DNA of 63,671 nt, filler included, from Thraustochytrium aureum (Eukaryota): assembly GCA_012862495.1 (NCBI GenBank). It is 6 parts of 6 records of this genome, joined end to end, with 100 filler letters (N's around TTAATTAATTAA, not from the genome) between each part and the next. Parts side by side here need not be neighbours in the genome. Positions count along the whole stretch, not along the records: positions 26,494 to 56,715 come from BLSG01000305.1; 5 more parts are not named here. One strand, given 5' to 3'. Positions 35,737 through 49,297 of this stretch are shown piece by piece (position 1 is the stretch's first letter; each line of letters starts with the position of its first letter). Made by a program: the position numbers and the translations under genes. The notes under the pieces were generated by a model. The model saw only the letters and a list, made by a program, of their open reading frames with translations. It searched no databases and was not told where the DNA came from.

Positions 35737-38217
35737 CTACATGCTCGACGAAAGGCGGACCGTGCCTCGCACGGAGACCTGGGACGCGCTGGAAAATGTC
35801 AAGGTGCCGCTGAGGACGTCCGCAACATGAAAGGGTGTGGGCGCTGGCGCGTTGGGCTCGGTTTGAGCTGCGCTCGAGCCGAGGAACCGGAGGAGCGTGC
35901 GGCCAAACCACCGTTCCCGGCTGCACAGGACGCCGTCCGATTCGACCCACACAGCTAAAGCTAGACCCGCCCGGTCGCGCGGTTCGAACCGCGCCTGCAG
36001 TGCGACCTGCACTTCGAACGCGATCGCATCGAGGGCACCGCTCTGATGACAAAGCGACGCAAGCTCGAACGGCGCCTCCGAGACCTCGGCGTGCTCGTAG
36101 TTCCAAAGCGGGAAGGAGAGCATTTCGCTCGCCTTGTCCCACACCTCCGCCGCAGGCGAGTGGTCGTTGTCGAGGACGCTGCGGGGGTTGAGCATCGCTG
36201 CGGCGAGCCTGGGCGCACGAACGATTGAGCCCAAAACTGCGCAGCTCCATAGTTTCGTCAGTCTCTGAATGCACCACATTTGCGAGCCACTTGCCCAGTT
36301 GCGCTCATTCCCCTACCCGAACGCGGTTCACTTACTTCTGGTCCGCGCTGGCACGGCGCGAAGAGAGCGCCCCAAACCAATGGCGCCGCGGACGCAAGAC
36401 ACCTGCTGATGAAACAAGCACGCAGCGAGAACATCGTTCCCAACGAGTTTGGCGTAGTATAGCTCGCTCGCGACAACAACAGGGCCCCCGTGCGCCAGAA
36501 CCGCATCGAGAGCGTCCTTCCAAGGCAGCGACTCAACAGAGCCTTTGGACAACTCGCCCCACAGTTCGGCAGAGGCGTAGCTCGTTTCGACAGAGACAAC
36601 CTTGTCTGCCAACCCGCGCCCGAGCAGGCCGCACAGGCCGCTGTCAGCGGTGTCGAGCAAGACCGCTCCGGGCTCTTCGCCCAGGGCGGCGACCAAACGC
36701 GACCTAAGCGAAGACGTCCGCGAAGCCCACGCAAGCTGTCCGACGCGCTCGTGCCCGTACACCATATTCAGAACCGCGTCGGGGCCCGTTCGCCCGCGCT
36801 TGTCTAACAGCGCGGAGCGCTTTATCCCCTCTGCGCGGACCTCAAACTCGGTTGGAACCAGCCTGCCCTTGTCGCACACGAAGACGGCCTCCGCGACGCA
36901 TCCGGACCCAGGGACTGCTACAGAGTTACGAAGCGGGTAAATCACCGGAAACCAGTGGTTCTGCCACCTCGCATCGCCCTCGTCAATGGATGGGTCCGTA
37001 CTCAACAGCCCTGGCGATGCGCTACGGCCGACCGTGCGCACCCGCTTCCTATCTGGCGGCCTCGCGCCGTTGCCGCCCTCGCCGCGCCGCTCCTGCGCTT
37101 GGGCCTGCTCGGTCGTTGCCACGGGCCCAGCCTTTGAGGCCGGCCCAGCCTTTGAGGGGGCGGCGTTGACCTCCCACCAGACTAGAATAAACCGAGCTCG
37201 CTTTCCCTCGTCACTCGCCGAGCACGTCCATGACACCTGCGCAACCTCGGACCGCGCGCCCTCGGAGTCGGATGTCGCTCCAGGAAACGGCTGAGCAAAG
37301 TCGATGTCGGCAACAAGCACAGGCTCGCCGATTGGTGCGAGGCCCTGAATCCGGCTCGCATGCAGGTTGTCGATGCTGTCCGTGTCGAAGGGTAGAGGCA
37401 GAGAGCTCGCCCTCTCCTCTGCTACAAGGCAGCCGTCTTCGCTGACGAGAAACTNNNNNNNNNNNNNNNNNNNNNNNNNNNNNNNNNNNNNNNNNNNNNN
37501 NNNNNNNNNNNNNNNNNNNNNNNNNNNNNNNNNNNNNNNNNNNNNNNNNNNNNNNNNNNNNNNNNNNNNNNNNNNNNNNNNNNNNNNNNNNNNNNNNNNN
37601 NNNNNNNNNNNNNNNNNNNNNNNNNNNNNNNNNNNNNNNNNNNNNNNNNCGCGCCCTGTCGGGGCCTCTGACGAGCGCGCCGCCACCACTTTGACGCAGT
37701 CGCCAAGGCCGTTGCACGAGACAACGCGCTGCGCAACCGAGGCCAGGGGTTTGTTCATCTCGAACGCTAGGACGTCGGCAGCGCCGGCTTTGACAGCCAG
37801 GAGCGAGAGCACGCCGGTGCCCGCGCCAATGTCGACGACGCTCGAAGGCCCTTCGACCGACGAGACGGCAATCTGCAGCGCGTCGAGAAATGCCCGGTTG
37901 CGCGCTTCGTCGTTGATCATAGGGACCATCATTCGCATTTTGGTCCCCATCGCGAGACGGAGCATCTCGTCTGGCGCAGTGGTGGCGGTCCACCGCAGCC
38001 CGGGTCCACCTTTCCGCGCCTCTTGCGCGGCTTGCAAGCCGTCCGTGCCTCCTGAAGCGCCTTGTGCAGCGCCAGCTCCAGCCTCGTCGCCCAGCGGCGC
38101 CCACCAGGCCAGGCCGGGCAGGAGCGCAGCTTGCGCCTGGCCATCATCTGCTTCCAGGAGGGGCAGCGCGTCCCATGGGAGGTCGAGCTGCAGCATCTCG
38201 CCCTCGCCTTGCGCCAT
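35737..38217 (-). CDS. PRMT7-like protein arginine methyltransferase (two modules); N gap, probable intron starting ~36335
   Basis: MINDEARNRAF, VVDIGAGTGVLSLLAVKAGA, FEMNKPL, WWE, WQNHW (THW/DHW-loop equivalent), second-module FPLWNY. 3' end uncertain. Confidence 0.75.
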
Positions 38218-38476
38218 CCCGCAAACCCTGCCCAACCAACCCAAGCACACCTCTCGTGACGGAGGTAGCGAGCGCTGCGGCAGCGAGCCTGTCGGCGAGG
38301 CAAGCTCGTGGTGCCCAGCGGGAGCAGCAGCGCGAGGCGGCGCGGCTTGCGGCTTTGGAGGCAAGTTGGACGGCTCGAAGCGACAGCTTTCAAGATCAAG
38401 AGCGCGCTGCGACCAAGCCAGCAATGCTGATGATGCTGATGGTGAACATGCACATGCATACTCGACCGGTACTCGA

Positions 38477-38500
38477 TCAATCAATCAATTCAATCAATCA
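38477..38500. repeat. (TCAA)n tract between ABCA 3' end and PRMT 5' end
   Basis: tcaatcaatcaattcaatcaatcaa. Confidence 0.7.
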
Positions 38501-38547
38501 AGAGCTCGTAGGCGGCACACAGTCGTTCGTTTTACCGGCCCATCAGG

Positions 38548-41500
38548 CTATCGACCACCGAAGATGGCTCGGGAGAGAGCCGCATGGATAGCCCCGCCCC
38601 GCGCAGGCGCCGAAATGCTCGGCTTGAAGCTCGACACGTCCACGACGGGCTTGGACGGGTTCCACTTGTTTGCGATCGCCATAAAGACAGACTCGAGGCA
38701 AGCCTGCGAGACAGCGTACGAGGTGAGACCCCACGCCTTGCGGTTCCCCTCGAGCGCGTTGAACAGCTCGCCAAGGGAGGTCCCCGAGGCGGGAATACTG
38801 ATTTTGGCTTGCGGCCCATACTGCTCTTTCACCGAGGCGTCGGGGAAGGCGCGCTGCACGTAGCCAATCGCATCAAAGCATTGCTGGCGCGTCGCGGTGC
38901 GCAGCTGGACCTCGAACCCAGCCGCAAACCGATCCTTCAGGTAGAGCGGGGTTCCGATGCAACGCATGACGCCATTCGCCATGATACAAAGCCTGTCGCA
39001 GAGCGCCTCAGTCTCGGCCATCGAGTGCGTCGTCAGCACAACGCTGCGGCCTTCGTGCAGCGACGAACAGATGATCTCCCAGATTTTGCGACGCGCTGCG
39101 GGGTCCACACCCGCCGAGGGCTCGTCCAGCAAAACGACTTTGGGGCTGCCAAGAAGGGCGATGGCGAGGCTCAGCTTGCGCTTGGTCCCGCCGGAAAAGG
39201 TGCCGGCGGCCAGGTCGGCGTACTTGGCGATATCGCAGGCTTCCAGCAGGCCTTCGATCGCTTTCGGCGCCTGTGCACTAGGAATGCCCTTGATCGTCGC
39301 GTACAGGCTCAGGTGCTCGCGCGCCGTAAGTCGCGGGAAGAGCGCGTCGAATTGCGGGCAGTACCCGATTTCGCGAGTGCCCGTGGAGAAAATCGACGTC
39401 CCGTTCACCATGATCTTTCCCTCACTAGGAAACACGTCCTGCGTGCACATCTTCATGGTGGTGGTCTTGCCCGCAGCGTTCGTCCCGAGAAACCCGAAGC
39501 ACTCGCCCGGGCGCACGCCGAGCGAGAGGCTGCGAACTGCAACGTGCTTCTTCCCTGACAGCAACCCGGCGTAGACCTTGCGGACGCCGCGCAGCTGCAG
39601 CGTGTCCGCGCCGCCGGCATCTCCATTCGTGTAAACGCGCCGGCGCTCGGCCCGCACGTCGCTGTCTTCGTCGAAGACGAACGTGCTTGCCTTCCCCCTG
39701 CGTCGCTTCTTGCGCCGCCCTGACGAGGTGTCGTCAGGCTCAAATTCGAACCCAGTGGCTGCTCCCTGCTCGTGGCGGCGAAGGATGCCACCGTCGACCG
39801 TGCGAATCGCATTGTTGCCTTTCATGAGCGCGTCGTCCGCCGATGCGCTGGCCGAAACACCAGAATCGCCGCTGGGTGCGGGAGTCGAAGCGCTTTGCAG
39901 CGCCAGCTCCTTGGCCGTGTTTTTCGCATCTTTGTAGAGGCCTGCGACGGTTTGGGCGGCCTCGGCTTCTGCACAAGCCTCCGCATCGCTCATGCCAAAG
40001 CCCGAAGCGGCAGAAACTGGTGACAGCGGGTCGAGCGGGGACGAGGGCAGGCCGCCCTGACCTGGGCTGCCTCCGCCTGGCGCCCGTCGCTGCAGCGGCA
40101 TGATCGCGGACTGGCGACCCCGGAAGCGACGCAGTTTGGCGAGGCTTCGGGCGACCTTCTCCACAGTCTTGTTGAGCCGCGCGTTCCCGGCAAGGAACTC
40201 GATGCACACCAGAGTAGCAAAGTACAGCAGTGACAGCAACGTGAGCACGACGACGTTCCGTCCAAGCACGTTCCAAGCCATGACGTGGAGCTCCTCGTCT
40301 GACTCGAGCACGGTTCGCGTGATGGTCTCGGTTGTGATGGCGATGAGGCCCTCCCCGAGGTTGAAAGCCGGGAAGAACCGGAAGACCACACGCAGCGAGG
40401 CGCCGAGGTTGACGAGGCCGTAAATGTCCAGGGAGACGGCCGCAACTACGCACATCCAGCCAGTGACAAAGTTGAAGAGCGAGATGACAATCTGGGCCGT
40501 TGCGTCGCTCGAAAACAGAAAGCTCAAGCAGTACGACTGGGGAATGGCCGCGAGCCCATAGAGGAGGAAGAGAGAGAACGTGCCCAGAGATACGTTGGCG
40601 CGCTCCGCCTCAAAGTCGATCGCTCCGCTCACCGCAAAGCAGAACATGGCCCAAACCGCGACCACGAGGTAGCAGATGTAGTCAAAGAGCAGGTTGGCGG
40701 ACCAGTAGGTGCGAAAGCCGAGCCCGCTAACAAACATGAGGTGCTTGGCCCCCGACACCCGCTCCTGCACGACGTGCATGGCGTAGCATGCTGGATTGTA
40801 GCAAAACGGTACCAAGGTGAACAAGACAGCCAGAAAGGCCAGCCACACCTGCTGGAAAACGTTCTCGCGCGCAGAGGCCGGGAAGGGGTGGCTGCGAACT
40901 CGAAAGCCAGCATCTGGGTGCTCCTGCACTCCCGCCTGCACCACAGCCCGCACTTTGGCGTTGGCGATCTGGGCCAAGCACAACGCTTTGCTGTGCTGAG
41001 AGGTCGACGAGTAGATTGTAGACAGCTGGATCGGTATCGACACGTTGAGCGCGTCGTTGCCGACAAACGCTCCCATTGTGATGCCCCCAGCGAGAGCGAG
41101 GATAGGCACTTTGCGAAGCACGTCGCTCAAAATGACTTGGCTCACCTCGATCCCAGCGGCTCCGAGCACGTCCTTCAATGAGGCGTCGGGCGTGAGCCGC
41201 GTCCAGTCGAAAATCGTTGACGGGAAGAGCCCCAATGCGGCGTCAAACGCGGCGCCTGCGTCAATCAGCGTCCCAAGTTGCGTCGAACGCGGCATCCACG
41301 GAAACAAGGCTGCCGCGCTTATGTCTGGGGAGTATCCGTCGAGGGCGCTCAATTCGCGTGGAGTGCCGCCAGCAGATGGGCCTTGCTCTGCAGCAAACAG
41401 GACGGCAAGAGAAAGCCTCTTATCGCTGTCTTTGACTGCCGCGCACAGCGCTGCCTTTTGGTNNNNNNNNNNNNNNNNNNNNNNNNNNNNNNNNNNNNNN

Positions 41501-44500
41501 NNNNNNNNNNNNNNNNNNNNNNNNNNNNNNNNNNNNNNNNNNNNNNNNNNNNNNNNNNNNNNNNNNNNNNNNNNNNNNNNNNNNNNNNNNNNNNNNNNNN
41601 NNNNNNNNNNNNNNNNNNNNNNNNNNNNNNNNTGGCGCGGTACAACTCCAGCGGGCCGGTGCCAAGGAGCTCCCCGAGTTGTTCCAGTGAGATGTTGTCC
41701 AGGGTCGAGTTGCGGATCGCAGCTGCAGCTGCGGAGGAAGTCTTGTTGTCCAGCTGGCCCAGGAGCCACTTGATTGAGGCAACTTCGCCAGACTCGGCAA
41801 TCTCTGGCGGTAGGACGGCGCTCCAGAGTCCAGAGGACTGGGCCATTCCAGCTGGCGCGCTCTCAAAGAGCGACGGCAAGTATGCATATCCGTCTTTCAC
41901 CACCCCCACCAAAATGTCGGACCCTTCCCCTGCTGACCTCTGCAGGACGATACCGCGCAGGGCCAAGCTTTGCGCAAAGGCTTGCACCGCGTCGCTTACC
42001 CAAGACGCAACGCGGTCTTGAAAGGCCGTCGCTCCTGCCTCGGCCTCTGACACTGTGTTGCTTGCGCGTGAAGCTCCGTCTTCGATCTCCGTGATGACAT
42101 TCTCCACCGAAACGATCGGGCCAGCTGCGGCCTTGAGCGCCTCGTCGAGCGCCTTTGCGAGGCTGTGATCCAAGAGCTGCCCGAACTTGATGTCGACCAA
42201 GCTGTCAAAGCGGAGTTTGCCCACCTGGTCAAGAGGAACGTTGGCAAACTCGGCCAGCCACCGCAGAAGCTCCTCGCGCATCTCCTCCCCGATCCCGGCC
42301 ATGTCGCCGATGTTGAACGGCAGGTACGCAAAGTCCCCAAACCGATGAGCACACAGCTCGATGGAGCTGCGCTTCTTGTCGAGGTCGTTGAAGCTGCCCT
42401 GGCTTTTGAGCTCGTTCTGAACGATCAGGTTTCGATACGATAGGCAGATACTCGACTCGCAGTCGTGGTCGTAGAGGGCTAATGTCTCCAAGTCAAAGTA
42501 CGGCGACGTCATTCGGTCTGGCTCGGCCGCGCTACTCGCCGATTCGAATGAAAACGCGCTCGGGAAGGTCGAGTCGCGATCTGACTTGCTGTTTACCTTG
42601 ACCTTTTGGGTAAAGTCCGGCACAACTTGCGAACCGACGAGCAAAAGCGACGGCCCAGCTTGCTCGGGGTTGACCGAGAGGATGAAGAGGACCGACGTGA
42701 CAACCAGGAGCGGGACGACCATTTCATGGAAAATCGATCCGCGGTCGCGCCTCATCGTCACGCAGCGCTTCCAGAATGTTGTTCGAAAGTGTTCGCGCCA
42801 CGTGGCTTGCCCGCCCTTCACGTCCCAGGTTCGCCCAAGCGACGAGGCAGAGGAGCGCATCGACTTGAGGCTGGCCTGCAAACTCAAGCGCGTCTCCTCG
42901 GTGGCGGTCCTCTTTTGACTTGAGCTGCGCCCGGGTAGGGCGTTTCCATCAGAAGCCGGATGGGGGTGCTCCTGCCTCACCACCGGTCCATGTGCAACGG
43001 CGAGGAAGACGTCCTCGAGCGTGGTCATGCTGATCCCGTAGCTGCGAATGTTGAAGGTCTCAAGCCGTTTATCCAGCTCCACGAAAAGCGCGGCAAGGGC
43101 CGAGTTTGATTCCCCTGGAAGTTGGTACGACACCTCCCCCGCAGAGTTGGACAACAGGATCGATCCGCTCACCCTGCTTTGCAAAAAGTCCGTCAAGTCG
43201 TCCACGCTATGCTTGCTCTGGTCGCGCTTGCCGAGGGTGAGCACGTAGCCGAGACCGTGCTCCTCCTTGAGCTCGAGCCCTGTCCCCGAGCTCACAATTA
43301 CGCCGTCTCGCATGATGCAAATCTTGTCTCCGAGCAAGTCTGCTTCTTCCAGATGGTGCGTGGTCAGCACGATGGTTCTCTTGTGCTTGCTGCGGAGAAT
43401 GAGGTTCCACATCGCCCGGCGAGCCTGCGGGTCCATCCCGGCGGTCGGTTCGTCCAAGAAGACTACTTTGCTATCACCGATGAGAGCGATGCCGAGACTG
43501 AGTTTGCGCTTCTGCCCGCCGGAGAGAGTCGAAGAGAGCGCGTGCGTCTTGTTGACGAGCTCGAGGTCCTGGATCATCTCGAATACGGCGGTGTCGAGGT
43601 ATTCGTCCTTCAGACCCTTGAGCGAGCCGAAAAAGTGGAGGTGTTCTCGAACGCTTAGCCCGGGGTAAAGCACGTTGTGCTGCGGGCACACGCCCATGAT
43701 TTTCCGCGCGCTGGAGATATCTCGGACGATGGATTCGCCGTAGATGTACGTGTCGCCGCTGGTGATGTCGTACAGCCCTGTTAGGCAAGAGATTGTGGTC
43801 GATTTTCCTGCCCCGTTCGAGCCGAGGAGGCAGGACACCTCGCCGTGCATGAAGGATAGCGAAATCTTGTCCACCGCCACCTTGGAGGACCTCGGGTACA
43901 CCTTGGTGAGGTCCTTGACCTCCACAGACGGCTGGCTCGCGTCCCACTAGCGACCCGTTGGATCTGGCGCTCGATGGACCCCTCACGGCCGATCCCTTCG
44001 AGGCCAAGCGCTTNNNNNNNNNNNNNNNNNNNNNNNNNNNNNNNNNNNNNNNNNNNNNNNNNNNNNNNNNNNNNNNNNNNNNNNNNNNNNNNNNNNNNNN
44101 NNNNNNNNNNNNNNNNNNNNNNNNNNNNNNNNNNNNNNNNNNNNNNNNNNNNNNNNNNNNNNNNNNNNNNNNNNNNNNNNNNNNNNNNNNNNNNNNNNNN
44201 NNNNNNNNNNNNNNNNNNNNNNNNNNNNNNNNNNNNNNNNNNNNNNNNNNNNNNNNNNNNNNNNNNNNNNNNNNNNNNNNNNNNNNNNNNNNNNNNNNNN
44301 NNNNNNNNNNNNNNNNNNNNNNNNNNNNNNNNNNNNNNNNNNNNNNNNNNNNNNNNNNNNNNNNNNNNNNNNNNNNNNNNNNNNNNNNNNNAACGAATTC
44401 GTAGGACGGGAAAAGGTAAACACGTAGGCCGGGATGACCATGCTGAACACGAGAATCGGGCCAATCATCGACGCAAGCTTGGCGCGGTTGAAAAACGTCG

Positions 44501-46055
44501 AGACCATGAACGAGAGCGAAATCAGGCTCAGGCCAAAGAGCACCGTGAACGCAAGAACGAGCGAAAATGTCGAGTTGGCAAACAGCGTCTGGCAAAGCAG
44601 CGCGGTCTGGAGCAAGCTTTGGACCGAAAACAGCACCGCATACGTGATGAGCCAGGTCAGGTTGAACACCCACTCCCGCAGGCCCATGATCTTCATCATC
44701 TCCTTCATTCGGATCTCCTTCTCCTGCACGATGACCAAGATGAGCTGCGAGACGGGAAACACCACGGCGCATGCGAGCAAAAGTCCTGCTACGTAGCCAA
44801 AGAACTCGAAAAACGACGAGTTGGCCCAGGCTTGGCTGGGAAATGGCGCGGTCCAGTCGTCTCCAATGGAGAACGAGCGCGGGGGCGGCGGCAGATCAGA
44901 CAAGATAAGAGAAATCTGCTCTGCGTCGAGCCCTAGCCCTGACGCGTCGACAAAGAACCGCAAAAGCTCAGCATGGTCAAAGTCAGGCAATTCATGCGTG
45001 GGCACGAGCTCGCGAAAGTACTCGTTGTTCCAAACTGCTGCGCCCGCTCCGGCGGCGGCTTCTCCCTTCTCAAAAGCGCCCTGCACGCCAATAATGTGGC
45101 TGAGGAGCTCGTCAATCGTCTCTTGGGTGTTGCTTCGCGTCGAGAATACATGAGTCGAGTTGCTCGCAAACAACTCCACCGCGCGCTGCAGGGACAGGAA
45201 ACCTGACATGACGTACTTGACTCCTCCGTCGCCTGTACCGGTGGAAAACTCGCGGACGAGGTCTTTTGTGTTTGGAACGGTTGTGTGGCGCATGCGAATC
45301 GTGACGTCGAACTCATGACGGTCAAAGTCAATGCTGTCAAAGTGCATGTGAGCCCATGTCCCCTCCAAGTCGGACTCGAGGCTGTGAGCGAGTGCCTCTT
45401 CTGCGCTGTTGAAGACTGGGCCCTCAACATCGCCCCAAAACCTGTACGTTTGGTTCATCCATGACCTGAATGCACGTGTCTCCTCGGTGTCCGGGGACAT
45501 TGTCACGTTGCCAAGGAGTAGCAGGTTGGTGTAGATGTGGCCTCGAGCTCCAATTTTTGAAGACATCTTCCCGGCTTGCTTGGCAAGGTCCTCACCAGCC
45601 AAAAGAACAACGAGTTTGTGCAGCCAGACGAACTCGTCCAGTGTGAAAACTTGGCGAAATCCTTCAGCTGCGATGACTCTGTCGAGCTCGAAGAAGACGT
45701 CGATCGCTTCCTGCTGCGAAAGCTCCTCGGTGCGGTTCATCTCGTTGCGAATGATGGCACTGATTTTCCCAAAATCGTAGAACTGGCTCGCATACACTTG
45801 CTCGGGGTAAACGGTGATCGAATTGGCATGGTAGAATGCCAAGATCACAAGAACAAATACGATGGGCGACAGCAATTCGAGCATCGTCTCGAGCGGTCTG
45901 CGCCGCTTTAGAAGCATGTTTTTCCGCATCACTGCTTTGAACTGCCGGAAGCCGAGCCCATCTGAGCTCAGTTGGCTCTCGGTCGAGGTTGTTGCCGCTG
46001 TGAGACCGCATGGCAGCTGCAACCCGCCGGATGAGGTGTCGCCTTGGGGTGCCAT
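38548..46055 (-). CDS. Full-length ABCA-subfamily lipid transporter (TMD-NBD-TMD-NBD); N gaps/frame changes
   Basis: QFKAVMRKNMLLKRR, IVQEKEIRMKEMMKIMGL; NBD1 GSNGAGKST..LSGGQKRKLS..LDEPTAGMDP; NBD2 GTNAAGKTT..FSGGTKRKLS..LDEPSAGVDP; SQACLESVF. Confidence 0.95.
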
Positions 46056-47136
46056 GCTCTACTCCAAGCGAGCCGTGGCGGCGCCGTGAATCCGATGCGT
46101 TGCGCTGGACCGGCTGCTTGTCTGCCTGTGCTTGGGAGGCTCTGTTCGCTTCGCCGCCCGCTGCTAGTCGCGCGGTTGTTTCTTCGGCTCGCCTTGCGCG
46201 GCTCGCGTTTGCTCGCGCAGAGCGGCCGCCGTCAACGCTCGTTGGTTGCGCCTTTACTGCTCTGTCCTCGTTTGGCGAGCAGGCTCTGGAGACCCAACGA
46301 TCACAATCCTGTGCTGCAAGCACAACGATCGATGTTTCAAACACGCCGAAGGAAATGGCGAAGCTCTGTCCCTACAAACGCTGTTGCCCGCGTGCGCTCA
46401 ATCAATAGGTCCAGAGCTAGCTACCCGTTGCCCAGCCACTCTATTTATTTGTTGCGCCAGCGCTTTGCCTGCGAGATGAAAGCCGCGCCTGCCATGGCCA
46501 GCATCGCCGACGAGCTTCCTCTGTAGCTTGCCCGCGTGTGTGTGCAGCAAAGCTACTAACGTCAACGCCCCTAAACTATCCGGTGGCCGACAGCAAGCAG
46601 GGGTGCTGGCACAGAGTGCCAGCTCGAGGATTCATTCGAGTGCGTCGTAATCGCCTCGGACTTGTTCTGCGAAAGCGCTCTGCAACCGGCTCAAACCGCA
46701 AATGTCGTATTCTCCCCAGAAGCGTCGCGCGGCGCCCGAAGACTCTCGACGCCGCTGGCTTCGGACGCCGCCTCGCCGCCGCATCTTTGAGAGCATTGGA
46801 GGACTAACTCGATAAACGTCGGATGTACTGCAGACAAGTAAACATAGAATGAGTTACTGGCTGTCGCCGAGAGTTGGCCTAAAGTCGCCCCAAGAGCTGT
46901 AGCCGTTGGGCGCGTTGGATGCGTTGACCGCGTTTCGTGGACGCGTGTTGGCCGCGGCGGTGCTCCACAATGGCATCGTCAGCGATGCGCCGATGGCCCA
47001 AGGAAGGCGTTGGATGGTGACGCAAGCTGAGCGAATCCACCAGAGCTGCGCAGCACACCTAGATTGACAGCCGGAAGCAGTGTCCGCGGCTGGCGCTTGC
47101 AAGGTGTCGAGGTGCACGAGCGGCGGCGTCGCAGAG

Positions 47137-48435
47137 ATGCCACTGGCGGACGCGCGGAAAGCGCGCCAGGAAGGTAGGCTGCACGACCGGCAGCTTCACG
47201 ACAACGCGTGCCCAGAGTGGAAGGAATGGTTATTCCGAGCTGTTTGCATGGACAGCCCGACTGCGGTCAAGGCGATTCTCACAGAGCACATGCCAGGCGA
47301 CCTTGACCAGCTCGTATTTGGCGTCCACAAGGAGCTCCCGAACGGCAAGTCCAAGAGCAAGCCCCGGCTGGTCGCGTACGCAGCGCAGATGCATGCGGGG
47401 CGCGACACGGAGCGAAATGGCTGCACCGTGCTGCACGTAGCCGTGTGGAAAAACGCCCTCCGCGTGGCGAAGATGCTGGTCCAGCTCGGTGCAAGCACGA
47501 GCAAGCTGGACGTGCTCGGCGTCAGCGCGTTCGATCGTGCGGGGTCGCGGGAGATGCACGTCGTGCTGCGAAGACCGCCAGCTCCGCGCGAGGTCCAAAT
47601 CGTTTCTTGCTCTACCAAGCGCGCTCTCGTGCAGTGGCGCGTCACGCGCAGCAAGCCTCGCGTCGACCGGTACCAGGTCAGCGAGCTCGAGACTGGGCAA
47701 ACATGGGACGTGGACGCAGAGCGTGGCGTCCAGGTCTTTGCTTACAGCGGGCAGCGCGATGGGCCTGTGATTTGCCTTTACGAAACGCCGCCCGGGTCGA
47801 TCTTTTCAGCAGAGAGGCACAAGTTCGCGGTGCGCGCGCGCAACACGGACGGGTTTTGGAGCGAATGGTGCGAGCAAGAGGGAACCGTGAGAGCGAGACA
47901 CTGGGTTGAGGACTGGCAGCGCGACCAGAAACGACAAGAACGCGAAGGACTTGAGTCAAAGGTCGCCGGGAACGGCAGCGAAAGCCCCAGAACCAGCAGC
48001 GCACTCTCTGCAAAGCGCCACCTTGTGCTTGGATCGGTCTCTTTCGGTTTCGTTCGCGCGCAGGACTGGATCCGGCGCGCGCAATACGAGCAAAGCAAGG
48101 CCGCGACGCGCATCCAGTCGCTGGCTCGAGCGCGACAGCAGCGAGTGCTTTTCCTAGACCAGCACACCATCAAGAAGCGCATTCAGAAGCGAGTCGATGC
48201 GGCAATCGCAGTGCAGCGGTTTCTCCGTAAACACGTCTTCGACCGGGACGCGCGCGTCGAGCGCCACCGTTTGCCGCGTGGTCGAGGTGGTGGCGGCGTC
48301 GGCGGAGGAATGCGCGGCAAACGAATCTCGCGGGCAGAGCGACTCCGCCGCGTTGAGCGCGAGGAGGAGCGCTTCCGCGCAATGCTCGCTTGTGGCCACC
48401 CTTTTGCGTCTCGTCTGCCGGAAGCTTGGCGCTAG
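47137..48435 (+). CDS. Ankyrin repeat + fibronectin type III + IQ motif protein
   Basis: NGCTVLHVAVWKNALRVAKMLVQLGA (ANK), PPAPREVQ..VQW...YQV...FAVRARNTDGFWSEW (FN3), AATRIQSLARARQQR and AAIAVQRFLRKH (IQ). Confidence 0.75.
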   Translation: MPLADARKARQEGRLHDRQLHDNACPEWKEWLFRAVCMDSPTAVKAILTEHMPGDLDQLVFGVHKELPNGKSKSKPRLVAYAAQMHAGRDTERNGCTVLHVAVWKNALRVAKMLVQLGASTSKLDVLGVSAFDRAGSREMHVVLRRPPAPREVQIVSCSTKRALVQWRVTRSKPRVDRYQVSELETGQTWDVDAERGVQVFAYSGQRDGPVICLYETPPGSIFSAERHKFAVRARNTDGFWSEWCEQEGTVRARHWVEDWQRDQKRQEREGLESKVAGNGSESPRTSSALSAKRHLVLGSVSFGFVRAQDWIRRAQYEQSKAATRIQSLARARQQRVLFLDQHTIKKRIQKRVDAAIAVQRFLRKHVFDRDARVERHRLPRGRGGGGVGGGMRGKRISRAERLRRVEREEERFRAMLACGHPFASRLPEAWR

Positions 48436-49297
48436 TCGAGTGCAGCGGGCCACACGCGAGCGACGGCCTGTTCAGCAAACCCTGCAACTATTCTTTCAAT
48501 TGAAATCAACAAGCTGAAGCTGCGTTGAAGCAGAGCTGTAGAGTAGCAGTTGCCAGCGCGCTGCCGCGCCATGCGCACGTGTCTCCGCGCCCAGCATCTC
48601 AAGCTACGAGCAAGCTCTACCATAGAGTGAGCGTTGCGTTCAGGTCAAGCTCCGTTCGGGACTGCACGGAAAACTTGGTTCGCTCGATCTTGATCAATCA
48701 AACAACTGCAAAGAAAGAAAAGCCAGGCGACCAATCGCCAGCGCGCGCTGTGCCGCCCGCATCCAGCGCCCGCGGGCCTCCAGCCGACCTCCAGCGCCGC
48801 TCGGGCCAGACTCGCTCTCGAGTCAAGTCTGCACTCGTCTCGTTTCCAACTCGCAAGTCTCGCAACCACGAAACCCACAGGGACAGCAGAGCCTGATCGG
48901 CACCGGAGCGAGCGACCGCAGAGCGCAAGAGTATCTATCACTCGATCTGCCGCCGCGGCGCATACCGGTCCGTCGACCGGCGCGCGCGCGAGGCGAAGGC
49001 GGTCTGCGTGGCAACCTCGTCGTCCATCCATNNNNNNNNNNNNNNNNNNNNNNNNNNNNNNNNNNNNNNNNNNNNNNNNNNNNNNNNNNNNNNNNNNNNN
49101 NNNNNNNNNNNNNNNNNNNNNNNNNNNNNNNNNNNNNNNNNNNNNNNNNNNNNNNNNNNNNNNNNNNNNNNNNNNNNNNNNNNNNNNNNNNNNNNNNNNN
49201 NNNNNNNNNNNNNNNNNNNNNNNNNNNNNNNNNNGGTCTCCGTCGCGCCGGGGCGGGCCGGTCGTGCAGGGCGCGTGGGCCCGGGCTCGAAGCGAGA

